A stretch of DNA of 64,000 nucleotides from Rhodosorus marinus CCMP1338 (lineage: Eukaryota > Plantae > Rhodophyta): assembly GCA_029953675.1 (NCBI GenBank), contig JAMWBK010000009.1, positions 434,001 through 498,000 on the forward strand, in the 5' to 3' direction. Of the stretch, positions 1 to 11,861 are shown piece by piece. Below the pieces are notes generated by a model. That model worked only from the letters and a program-made list of their open reading frames with translations, made no database searches and had not been told where the DNA came from. The position numbers and the translations under genes are program-made. The stretch's first letter is position 1; every line of letters starts with the position of its first letter.

Positions 1-661
1 AAAGGCATCAACAAATTAATTGCTGAATAATAAGAGCATATCCCTTAATTAAGAAATATTTGGGATATAATTAAAGCTAAAGTGTTTCCGTATTTATTTT
101 CTATTATTTGCTTTTCATGTTAAATTGAAACCCTCAAAAAAAAAGAAAAATGGACTACTATATTTTTGTAAGTATGATATAAATATTTGGGCAGAAGACC
201 AAACTGCATCCAGCAGACTAAGCAGAAGACACGAATTCAACAAATTGATAACGGGTTCTTCTCCTGTCGTTCGTACGCACACGTTCCGTTGCACTGGAAT
301 TTGTAGACTTCCTGTGTGTGTGATTCATGATGCATCCAATTCCTGATTACTATCATTGCAAGGTTGCGGCCTTAAACGCGTGACGTCTTCTCCACTCAAG
401 TGAAGAGGAAACTTTGAGCTGTGTTCGAGTCACTCGTGGTGACTGCCTCCTTAGGTTCCCTCCGAAAACGGTTCCTTAAAGTACGCGTGTCTCCAAGAGC
501 AAACGTTCTACGTTTCTGGAGTTAGGTCGACTGCGTTGACCGATTTCCCTTATGCATCATATGTTCGAAGTGAGTTCGTCCTTTCGCCACTGTTTATTAC
601 AACTCATTCATTTCCTTGGCTGCATTTTCATAATTTCCAGTAAACGCAATACGCTAAATAA

Positions 662-775
662 TTTGCTTATATACATATTCTTGGACAAGTTCAGAGCTGC
701 TTCAACATTTACAGGTAATTTGCTTGTATACACATTCTTCGACGGACCCAGAGCTGCTTCAACATTTACAGGTAG
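662..775. repeat. 57-bp tandem duplication (2 copies)
   Basis: TTTGCTT...CAGAGCTGCTTCAACATTTACAGGTA begins at 662 and again at 719, with a few substitutions in the 5' half. Confidence 0.9.
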
Positions 776-874
776 CTTTAAGCTCCATCGAACGTGCAGC
801 ATGCCTTATTCTAATATAGTCATATGGTGAAACCATGTCCGTCACCTTCTGTTCAGTTCCCGTTCGCTTGCCGA

Positions 875-1222
875 TCACAAAAGCCTCACAGTCTTCTTTT
901 GCCTCGACCTCAGCTCAGCGGGAGTGGCATACTTCTTCCCACTCTTTCTCCTTATGAGACGAACATCAGACTCCTTTCCAGCACCTCTCACCGGGAAATA
1001 CTCCCTCTCTTGTTTCATTGGCAAGTTTCTCGTACTCATCTGCCCGAATCCAGTCGTACAACGACACTCCAGGGACTTCTCCCTCTTTCCACTAGCAGTA
1101 ACTGACAACATCGTTCTCAACACCCTCAGCAGGTTCCTTTCAACTCTTTCTCTTTCCTTGCTACTCTGCACTCATCAAGCTTGTCCCGCACTTACCCCTA
1201 CAGGCCCCAAGCTTCGAGACAT
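875..1222 (-). CDS. Possible hypothetical protein (basic, unknown)
   Basis: ATG at 1222 gives MSRSLGPVG, followed by a strong donor (GGG|gtaagt). It can splice into ORF 875..1171 only through an unusually short 30-nt intron. It lies downstream of an AT-rich island with the same 5'-flank composition as real genes. No recognisable domain. Confidence 0.25.
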
Positions 1223-2996
1223 GGTCTTATAGAGCGTGGACTCGGACCGGCCTGATCCCTGACAGTGTAGACAGAACCACGAAAAAAGAAGAACGAAACG
1301 ATAAACCCTAACCTACTAATCCGAACTTGCAAAAAACAATGAATTACCATTTCGCATGGTCGATTTAGAGTAAAATTCCCATACTTCTCTCTAAATAAAA
1401 TTTCCTTCCCACCCTGTTAACAAGTAAATGAGAGAAACCATGAAACCTGAGTTTTTCAACTGCTTTTGGAAGCTCAAGAGGCCATTCTGTATTTAGTAAG
1501 TCCGGGCCACCCCTCCGAAGTTGTTGCAAAATACTAAACAAGCAGCCCTGCTTCCTTCAAAAAAAAAATCCCATCTATTTTCTTTTTCAATACATTAGAG
1601 TTCTAGCTTCTTGGAATGCGGAAGAAATTAGAACATTCTAGGGTTTCATGGGCAGAAAAAGAAAATCCTCGACAGCTGAAAAAAAAAAATGAAACGACCC
1701 GCTCCGTAGCGATTCATGAATAACTATTCTTTTTAAAAGCAATTCCTACCTCGACCAATCTTCTTCGACCATGGCGAAATGAGGGAGTGTTTATCCGAAT
1801 TCAATATTCAATCAAGTTTTTTGTGATTGAATGAATGCTGGAACGTACACGGGTTGCTTGGTCAGCGGGCACTTAGGGAATAGGATCTATTCTTGACTTA
1901 TCTGGATAGTATTTTGTCAAAAGATAGAATAGGTATACATAATTTAATCGGAAAGATGATTAATGTTCCTAAATGAACACCTATATGCGTGTTTTAGATT
2001 TTATCCGTACAAAAGAAAGGCGATGACATGAGGCCTGGTGTAAAGAATGCTGACGTCCATTTCTGTGTGGGACGAGTTTTCCATTGAGCCCAGTTCGCAA
2101 ATATTGGCCTGAGCCCCCGAGTGGATTCTATAATTTCATATATTTAGGAAATAGTTTGTCCATTGGTCTCTTAATTAAGCATATTTGTTCTTAATAAATG
2201 ATAATCTGGTCCTGATCAACCCAAAGAAGAAACCAAAAATTTCTTCCATCTTTTCCCCATCCTCAATCATAGTGTTTTTCTCGGGCTAATTTTAAATGTA
2301 TTCATGGAATGCCTGGTATTAATAGAGGCACCGTATATTTTATATGAAATCGTTGTAACTGTTGAGGGTTCAATATGTGCTAATATTGGATTGGTCAAAT
2401 TATTTTGATTATTCGATTTTGAGTGTCAGGACCACCGATTGTTAAGGTTCCAAATCGATGCTTAGCAGTTGCCCCATTGTTCAAACTACGAGCCGAGCAG
2501 AACCATACTTAGAAGGATGGAGGACGTGGAGTTTGTTGAGGGGCGATGTGCCGTCCTCCGAACGCGGGTCGAAAATGTTCAGAGCCGATAAAATTTTTCT
2601 TTTTTTTGGACTATCCGTACTTTCCTTCATCGAGGATACTCAACCCTCCAAAGCGATCCCGACAAAATTCATCCGCATGAAAACTAGACGACTCAATAAA
2701 GCGCGGACTGAATGGTTTACTCAGTTGCATGTCAATATGTATTCATCTCAGTGCAAAGTACGGGAATCTTCGCAGGTGTTGCTAACAATCTAAATCATGA
2801 ACACAGGCAAGCACTGCCCAGGATGTTTGTGGGATGTCTTTGCAGGTTTACTGTTCTTGTCATCATTTTTTCGTTTATTCTTGTCCCTGTTGCTTGTGCT
2901 TATCAATTGGGCAGCGCAATGTTTCGCCCATCTATTGGTATTGGAAAGTGTGGCTGGACGAATTTCTCGGTAGTTAGGTTAGATACGCCTGTAGAT

Positions 2997-3039
2997 GCGG
3001 TAGATGCGCCTGGGCTTGGAGCCCAGGCGCATCTACCGC
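2997..3039. other. Perfect 20-bp inverted repeat with 3-nt loop
   Basis: GCGGTAGATGCGCCTGGGCT-TGG-AGCCCAGGCGCATCTACCGC. Confidence 0.95.
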
Positions 3040-3904
3040 TCGCTCAAAGAGATAAAGTCATCCAGGCATTTCATTGCATTCGTTGATTGAAAAACGAGAA
3101 TTTTTCGGCCAGATGTGTGTATCTAGACCTCGGGCAAAGGTATTCAAAGCAAAACGCACTAATTCAGTTGAATCTGTGTTAGTCACCATCGAATACCGTA
3201 GGGCCAGACTAGCGTATTTCTGTTTCTAAAAACAGAGCATTCTTGTACTCATGCAGATTTCAACGAATCTTGAATTGGTCTTTGAACGAGCAACGGAAGG
3301 TCACTGACAATCAAATTGTCGCGTAACCAATCCTCATTCAATACTGCTTCCAATAAGCTGCGTGGAGTAAGAGCGGAAAACGCTGTTTAGTCAGGATTGC
3401 CGAACCAGGAAAAATTTTGTAGCAACAAAGCCACCCTCCGAAGCCAACCCCAAGATAAGTTCGTTGCCAGCCGTAAACAAAGATGATTCCGTGCTGGAAG
3501 AAGCTACGGATTTTTTAATACACTTTGAATGTCATCTGATATTATTATAGGCTTAGAGATCTTTGGGATGATACAGCGATCATCCAATCTTGAAGAGATG
3601 GAACGATAACGAAAGACACTATCTCATCGCGACACGTCACATCGCATCAAGAGATGGTTGCCGTCGCATTGAGAATCGTGGTGAACGTCAGCAGCAATCT
3701 CCCCGTCGCAGTCAGAGAAAGTCACCAGTCGGTCATCTAGGACAACAACAGCTTATGGTTGCACAGTATTTCGTGGAAGCATGGATTCACCCTCTTCAAT
3801 AATCGATGTGCCTGCATATCATCATCGCCTTCCTAACGCGAAGACACTACCCTAGACAACCTTGTGAACCGATCGGCTGAGGGACCCATGTCATAAAATT
3901 AGGG

Positions 3905-4055
3905 TTTTTCCATCAGTGGGTACTAAAAAGCAAACACTGATAAACACTCGTGAACGCGGAAACTCCGAGGGTTCATCGGTGTTTATCAGTGTTTGGAAAT
4001 TGTCACTAACGAACCCAAAAACGTGGAAAAATGTACACCGATCCGAACCCGGATC
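3905..4055. ncRNA. Long fold-back hairpin (pre-miRNA-like or MITE relic), candidate structured RNA
   Basis: 17-bp perfect stem 3931-3947/3979-3995; inner stems GTGAAC/GTTCAT and CGGA-AAC-TCCG; outer pairings 3917-3921/4013-4017 and 3905-3913/4023-4031; a second hairpin GATCCG-AACC-CGGATC at 4040-4055. The structure is seen in the sequence; RNA status is inferred. Confidence 0.35.
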
Positions 4056-4109
4056 AGCACCGTCCAGCCCAAATGGTCGCACTCATAGCTTCTGTGGGCC
4101 TGATCAGTG

Positions 4110-4882
4110 AGAATTGTAGGAGGTAGTTGAAGTGCAATTCAAAGACTTCACCCGCTCTCCTTCGAGAAGGTCGTCGTGGTCCTTGACAAAACCTCTGAGA
4201 GCTTCTTGCTCTTCCTCATCATCATCCGTACGCTAGGTGTTCTCCAGCGTGTCATTCCCCTCGGATCCTTCATACTCGTCGGCAGATTCATACATCCTTG
4301 GCCCAGGGTGGTAAAGACATCTACAAATCCTTTGCATGAAACAGGAAACAAGGAAGTATACTCGACGACGCGGAGACTGAAGAGCTACCAACATCAGCAA
4401 ACGATTAGAGGAGTCGTCGAATGACAACATGCCAGGAGGTATTGCTCCGGAACGTGGTCTCTCCTATCGGCAAAGGCTTTAATATATTTGCCAACATCAG
4501 CAAACGATTAGAGGAGTCGTCGAATGACAACATGCAAGGAGGTATTGCTCCGGAACGTGGTCTCTCCCAACGGCAAAGGCCTAATATATTTGTTCAGAGA
4601 GCACAACCCTGAGAGGAAGGAGCCGTATTTCGTGCGGGGACCGTAGCTTGAAAGAATCATGCATGATGTGCTCGCACCAGAAAGCTTCAGATGAATCCTG
4701 CCCAGTCTTAATAAACGACTCAGTGCGACCAGCGCGTTCCTCATTAGCTCATGCCGATTGCAATTGGGTGGTATGGCGTTCCGGACGGTAAACGGGCTAC
4801 TTAGCTCAAAGACTACTTCCGTGAGCACCAGCCGGCCACTATCCAGTCTGTACGCGGCTCTGAGCTTCGTTCTATGGCTCAT
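4110..4882 (-). pseudogene. Probable disrupted coding sequence of unknown family
   Basis: A 124-aa ORF from ATG 4882 runs into a 103-bp tandem duplication. Downstream, a protein-like frame (ICRCLYHPGPRMYESADEYEGSEGNDTLENT*RTDDDEEEQEALRGFVKDHDDLLEGER) is broken by an in-frame TAG. Confidence 0.3.
4388..4592. repeat. 103-bp tandem duplication (2 near-identical copies)
   Basis: CCAACATCAGCAAACGATTAGAGGAGTCG... begins at 4388 and at 4491; only a handful of differences. Confidence 0.95.
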
Positions 4883-7148
4883 AAACGCCTCCTTGTAGGT
4901 TGAAGCACGTTACACGCGTATCTTACGTAGCTTAGTGCTATCATGGTAGTTAGTCCCTGATAAGTACACTTGCACTTGTTTATTTTCTTCAGGACAGGCC
5001 TATCAGCCAGCTAGCCGAGGCTCGCTACCGCCGCCTTGGCTTGCACGCTTTTTCTCCTCATCACTAGCTTGTATTACGCCCTGCGTAGCGCTTAAGGCTT
5101 ATTAAACCCACCCGATTAGCTCGATAAAATGCCCAGCTAGTATTCTCGAGAAGGACACGTAAAAGATGTTAATTGGATTAAAGATCAACTGCCCAATCAG
5201 AAATTGGATAATTTTATTTCACATATAAGAAAACTCAAAAACAGGTTTTTCGTGAAAAATCTTCACGCCTATAGCCGTTACTTTTGAATTGACTGGAGGT
5301 GGTGCTCGGGGAAACCCAGAGCTGCATGAGCTTTCCTCCCGCATAGTTTAGAGTGAGCGCAACTGGACCTTCGGCCTGGACGGCACAGGCGTTTTGTAGT
5401 TACTAGGAGCAGCAAAGAGTTTCGATCTGGGCAAGCAGCCTTTGGAAGGGAAAGCGCAACGAAGGGTTTCCGGGGTGAGGACAATGAATCGAATTCCGAC
5501 AACGCCAAAGGCCAAGCAGTACAAGAATGGGGATAAGGAGAACAATGAATTGTGCTTAGCACTGGATACTCCCATGGTAAGGGATAAGCCTTCCAAGTCG
5601 CTTCTGTCTAACTCTGTGTGCAGATCTAAGACAGTTCGTCTTCGCGCATGCTTAGAAAATCCCTCCCCCGCCAGTCGGACTTAGCAGCACCAACGCGACG
5701 CCAATTAGAATAAAAGCGGAAAACGACCCGAAAACCCCCAAGAAGACACCGAATAGGTACTATCTGCACCAGAAACAGGAAGTGGAATTTGAGGTAGGAG
5801 GAAGCATGCTGGCAACAAAGCATCAGACCCATCCGCGCCTTTTTTCTGAGCCTAGGTTCTTTCTATGAAACAGGAAAACGGATCAGTTGTTGTATTAGGC
5901 CAAGTTCGAGCGTCAAAAGCGCAACAGGAAATCCTTGGGTGCGATACATTGCTCAGTCCAGTCCGCCACTCAGCCAGGATACGGCGGACGAGACAAGTTG
6001 AGAACTCTGCCTCGAAGAGTGTAAGAGAATCACTTCTGGACGTCGACTACGCTTATGCACCGAACCAAAATGTTCGCGAAACATATTTCAATGACGAGGG
6101 CACTCCTCGAAAGTTGTTCTGAAGTGAAAAAGAATTATTATCATGTTTTCCCACCTGCCTTGAGCACGCCAGCACAAGTTCCAAGGAGCTGAACATTGAG
6201 CGACGACAAAGGAGGATTCACACCCTCCTGGTTTCTAAGCGGAAGAGACTCGCAAGCTTTCCCGCCAAAGTTTCGACGACAATATGTGCACGTATTTCCA
6301 GAGCTGTTTTAAGCAACTTACGCTTACCGAACTCGGGGGAGGGGTGCCGCCTCTTCGGGATTCCATTCGAGCCGTGCATTTGCTGAGGTGCTCTTGTACC
6401 CGTGCCGTTCATGTGGTAGAGTGCCCATCGGGCATGAATCCACCTCAATCGCAGGCATGCTCATTTATGGGTTCGCATATGACCAGTTGGACAACTTTAC
6501 GTCGCTGCACATTTTTGGCTTGCAACAGATCTCATCGGGATTGAACCGGGCCAACATCTGCATCAGACACAAACGGGGAAAGACCAAATTTGCTTAATAA
6601 ACACGGTCGAGGGGAAGGAAGGTACCGCAAAGTTTTCCAGTAGAATGAGTGCTCTTCCCGCAAATTTTAATTCCGAGCGTTTAATGGTTTATCCGCCCAA
6701 TTTAATCCTACACGATTCCTATCAACAACTTGATTGTGGCTCTCATGGATTTATTAGAACGGGGTCACCATCCAAACCACATTTCCGTTCTCAGTTCCTC
6801 AGGATAGTAGTTCAAACCCGCTCCTTATTCCTTCTTAGCTGATCTCGTGGAATATTATCAGATTCAGGCACTAGTTTAACGAAGCAGTAGGCAACTGCCT
6901 AACGAAGGACGCAAGTTCGCTCTATAGATATGTCCCGTTTCTTGTCCCATTTTCTTCTGTCCCATTTGTATTACCGATTTCGCCGTTGGTGGTAAGTTTC
7001 GATGTCGATGCGAGTTGGGGATGGTTGCAGGTAGTTCTGATGGAAGATCCTGCCTAGATTCGTGTCCTTGTTCAATTTTTTTGGTCTTACTTAGTTAAGG
7101 AGATTCCGAAGAGGAAATTTTTAAGTCGTTGAGGTGGCTAAATAAGGG

Positions 7149-8081
7149 ATGGACTTGTCGACGAGCGGGTTTGCGCTACTGGCCCTAGTGGCTGTGATTG
7201 TGTTGTTGCTGATATACATTGCTGCGGGGTCAGGAAAGAGCAAGCGAAATGCGATTCTGATCGTTGGGAGATCTGGAACTGGAGAGAATAAGTCAGTTGG
7301 GAAGACTGCTCTTCTTAAGCAGTTGAAGAATAGCGAGCAGGTGAGGAGATTTTTTGGCAAAGACGCCGAGTGGCGGGCCGAGCGTATTTTCCCGCTTCCA
7401 CTGACTCCGGAACACCGCCCATTTTGTTCCTTGAATCACTACTAGCCAAAATATGGGTTGCTTCCTTCACTAGTTGTCAATTCTGCAGAAATCACCGTTA
7501 ATGGAAAGCCTGTCCGCGTGATGGACGTCCCGGGGATGGTCCCCTCGTTGCTAGAGGACCTCCTGGACAGAGCCAAGGGCATTATCTTTATGGTCGATTC
7601 GTCAGAAATCAGAGACCATGCAAGAAGAGACGCAGAAATTTTGCACGACGTTCTCACGCAAGGCTCCATTATGAAAGAAAAGATTCCGATGCTGATCTTC
7701 TGCAACAAGTCAGATTTAATCGCCTCGTCATCTCCAGATGTAAGTCTTGGCATTCGAGATCTTCGAAGAGAAGGATGCGGAGACGTAAGATTCTCCTTGA
7801 TGTTCACACAAGTTAACATGCTGGTTTTTTCCCTTCGTTCCTCCGGTCAAAAGGCGGTAAAGACCTATCTCGAACGAGAGCTCCAACTTATCAGAAGCTC
7901 TGCCGTGAATGCCGTGGAGACCGCCGGAGGGACGAAACAAAAGCAAAAGGAATTCCTCGGATTTGAAGAGGAGGTGTTCCGATTTGAGCACGTGCCCAAC
8001 AAGTTAACTTTTGCCAGTGGATCGGTGATCAAGGGCAACATTGATCCTGTCCAGAAGTTCATGGCCGAGACCACAGCTTGA
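7149..8081 (+). CDS. SRPRB: Signal recognition particle receptor beta subunit (3 exons)
   Basis: N-terminal TM anchor, P-loop (GRSGTGENKSVGKT), DVPG, NKSD and C-terminal small-GTPase fold. Predicted introns 7341-7445 and 7740-7853. Confidence 0.9.
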
Positions 8082-8082
8082 A

Positions 8083-8438
8083 ATGACAGCGCATTCTAGA
8101 ATTCAGGGACTAACGGACGACGGACGGCTGCTAACATCTGGTACTCCTGCGCGCCCACCTGCTGAAGTTATATGTGTACATAGACTAGCTTTTCATCAAC
8201 AGACCGGGTAACTTCTAAACCGGAGGACGGAGGTCTCTTCATAAGGTATGTCAATACAAATAAAGGAGAAGATGAACTAGAAACTTACCCTGCGTGGGAA
8301 CAGGAAAGAAAACTTGCAGCAAGCATCGTGCGCTTTACCTTCGGGTTAGCCACCCCGGCTGCGGTCTACATGCTCACTGTCGTCATTATGCTGGGCACCG
8401 TCCTCTGGTTTGAAAGATCAAAGCCGGCAAGCTCATGA
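8083..8438 (+). CDS. Possible 97-aa membrane micro-protein immediately after SRPRB
   Basis: ATG at 8083, GT-AG intron 8141-8202 that keeps frame, C-terminal hydrophobic helix (FTFGLATPAAVYMLTVVIMLGTVLWF), TGA at 8436-8438. No homology recognised. Confidence 0.25.
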
Positions 8439-9153
8439 CTAATCTATGGAAGGGGCCAGAACACAGCATCCTAGTGACTTCCGAGATCAGGAAACAGAAT
8501 GGAATATCGCTTGTTGCGTTGTCATAGCGGCGTTCGAGAACCGACTACGACAAGCCGGAGATGAAGCATACTAGTCGGGTGCTGGTAAACGCCTGCTTTG
8601 AAGTTAACCAGCCTCAGGACCTCACTGTCCTCAATTTGCCTCGGAAGACCGATTGAAGAGAGAAGAGACCATGCGATACATTCAAGTACAGCTCGTCGTG
8701 CTTCAACTTAAGTAGGCCTCTGCATGTAACTCTTTCCGAATCGCCGGTGGCACTCTCCTGATTCCAATTAGCCGATGGTGTTGCAGTCCTGTTCGGACGA
8801 CTGTTCACAGAGAGAGAGAGAGTAACAGATCATATTTTAGTTTGGATCACTCGTCTTCTTCCAAATTTGTAGTAGACATCTTTATATCATCAGCTCTGAG
8901 CAGTCCTCAACTTGTCCAAATCGCCATGGGGTGTGACGGTAGGAAGGCTAGTGGACAATAGGGTTTCGTGTACGAGAAGAGGAAGAGGTAGGAGAAGGTC
9001 ATTATCGCTTTTGAGACACGGGCGCGTTCGTTGTGGTCACTTTGATGGGTTTCTGTTTTCTTGCATTCGGTAAGAGTTGGTCTTGAGCGAAGGTTTTGTA
9101 TTTGAAACGAGTTCTGTTGTATTTTTTTTTGTTCGGACGCGTGAAGAAACACG

Positions 9154-9568
9154 ATGTCATTCCCGTCGTGGAAGAAGCAGTGGATCGAGCTCGGGAAATT
9201 GGGTACATATATAGCGATTCCAATTGTGGTTTTCACAGTAATCGCGAATCCCAATTTCGGAATTGTCGAATGGCTGCAAACAGTGGTGAGTCCCAGCTTT
9301 GATGTTAAAACCCTTTTGCTTTTGGAAGGATGTGGAGTCGTCTTGGATTCGCTGTTTTTTTTAGGGATTGTCAGCTTTAACTCTTCGCATCCAGCTGGTT
9401 CTGGTCTCTGACTTTCATTCGCGTTTGCTTTTGTAGAGACCTCCCATAAAGTATCCCGATGAGCACCTAATTATTGATCGAGATGAGCTTGATCAAAGAC
9501 TGGAGGAAGAAACAGCGCGGTTCAATAGACGTCGAGCGCAGTTTGAGGATGCGAAGAAGAGGCCGTGA
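9154..9568 (+). CDS. PET100-like cytochrome c oxidase assembly factor (2 exons)
   Basis: MSFPSWKKQWIELGKLGTYIAIPIVVFTVIANP resembles the PET100 N-terminus (LE..K...Y..FP). Intron 9286-9436, then a charged helical tail ending ...AKKRP*. Confidence 0.55.
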
Positions 9569-9682
9569 AGGGTGAACCAGATTGGCTTCATTTTCTTCCT
9601 TGTTGGGAAATCGTTCCACATAGGTTTTCAGAATGACAGCACGCGGGTTGTGTTTCGTTATCCTAGCGTAGATGTGTTTTAG

Positions 9683-10854
9683 TCAGATGTTGGCGCTTTC
9701 TTGCCTAGTCTTGTAGAGGCACCTAGCCACTTGCTCCGAACCGAAAGTCGCGTCATGGGGCTCGTTGAAGGTAGGCTCAGCATCTAGGACTGCTCCTATA
9801 GTGTTAACAATGTGTCGCGGCGACGGTACAAGCCTGTGCAATAATGTTCCCGGGTCAACAGGACCTGAAGTGAATCTAAAGCTTGGGAATCGCGAATCTA
9901 CTCGAGGTCTTTGCCATTCAAGCGCCGACCATGTTGCGATTCGAAGGACTGCCAAAACCATGTCCTGAACGGCGAATTCCAGGTGAGCGCTTGGCGTTTG
10001 TGTATACAGCCATTCATGAGGTGATACACGGTCACCAAAGGCCTCACCAAACTTCTCTGATTCACCTAGAGGTCTTGATCCTCTGTCGTCTTCCACGGAG
10101 AGGTCAAGATCGAGCATCACTGTCGCCACATGGTGTGTGAGATGATCAACGGGGAAGGACACCTCAGAACCATCTGGATCATTCCTCACGATATCGTCTG
10201 GAGAGGCAAAGCTTGGATCATAGAGCCATAGCGCCTTTCCATCCAGGAGAGTGTACTTCGATGGTGGAATACCTGCATAAGCGAGAGCCGAGCTAGCGAT
10301 CTTCCATTTGCCCGCATTCACGCATTGGTTACACATGTTCACGTAAAAGGATGCGATTCGGGAGGGATTGTGGATCCGATTGGCCCTGAACGCGACGTTG
10401 CGGTTGAACGAGCTCACAGCCAGCTTCCAGTTTGGTTTCGAATAGCGTAATACCGCTTCGTTGAACGCAGATAGTTGGAAACTCTCCTTCGGGAGGGCTT
10501 CAGCACTGTTTTCCATTTCTCGCTTAGCCTCCTCGTTCCTGTTGAAATCCAGAGTCCCTATCATGAGACACGAAAGAACCGCGTAATCATGGAGTTTTCA
10601 GGGTCAACCAACCGAAATAAAGCCTCGATTTCAGTGCTTAACATCGGCTCCCCAATCTTCTCAAGCTGCAGCCAGATATCCGTGAAGCTCATGTCCATTT
10701 CCAGATCATCATCCATCGGAAGAATCCACGAAACAGACCGCCGTCGATTCCCACCGAGCGCACCTCCAGCTCGAAACCGTCGATCACAGATCGAAGTGAG
10801 CGGAATCGTGTCATGAACTGCCAAGCTCATCGGCCAAACGAAGCCAGAAACCAT
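9683..10854 (-). CDS. Unknown protein with degenerate PPR-like helical repeats, possibly organellar
   Basis: ORFs 10561..10896 and 9683..10564 can be joined by one GT-AG intron (about 10618-10540). Segments such as SFYVNMCNQCVNAGKWKIASSAL resemble PPR motifs. The family call is weak. Confidence 0.5.
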
Positions 10855-11861
10855 CTTACAAACTACCTCCCGAAACAAACTTGCCTCTTGCTCCAAACTA
10901 GAATCGCCTCATTCCTTAACGCCTCTCACTGATCTAACTACAACCCTGGAGAGTCTTAAAACCATCCGTCGGAGTAACTTCAGCAGTGCTTGCTGCTTGA
11001 TGCCTCACAGAACCCGACAAGAAAGCTCACCGAACCTCTTCAAAAGGAATTCTGACTTTCTCCGTCCCTCAGGCAGTCTGCGTCGAGAAGCCTTGGAGCT
11101 TGTTGGCAACTCTAAGCAGATTCTTGTTGGTCACTATGGTCAAGCTATTGCTGATGGGCTCCTGGTTCGAGAGAAGTGAATCCTAGGATGTCATTGAGAA
11201 CCTCTTGAGTGTACTAGGGTTGTACTTGTTCGCACTCCATCAGAGCGAGCTGTCGTATGCCTTGCACTGAACATGTGGAAGATTGACGTCCGGGGATGAT
11301 TTACGGACGGAATAATTTAGTTTGTGCTTTAGAATCTTGAACGATTTTGTACGAGCCTTTGTCTTTTTCAGCTCATAGCAGCGAAGGGTGATGGGAGCGT
11401 CTCCTGCACTCCAGTTAGCTCTCGCAAAGCTAAAGAATGGCAGTACCACGATCTTGGCGGTCATGGTCACAACGGCATGTACACTGTGCTAATTCATGTC
11501 GACACAAGAACTACTGCTGCAACTAGTGTTGATGAATTGTCTCTGGAGGAGCTGAAACTCTTCTTTTCCCGTCCGCAGCGCAGCGACTGCTCAGCTTGCT
11601 TTAGTACTGTTAGTGTTTCTCCGGCCCTTTCTGTGGGGATGAGTACTTGCTTTGAAGGTGTAACCGGTACAAATATCATGACAGTTCGGCCTCGGTCCCG
11701 CTGTCTTCACCTAGATGCGGCGACATGGCTGCTGCAGTGCCACGCTCATTGGCGTTCTCCGCCTGAGTCGGGTTTTCGGGTGACAACAGCCTAAAGTCTG
11801 CTGTTTTCGAAGTGGGATATCGACCCTCCGAGACATTCGTTTGCACAAGCAAAAGAAGAGT

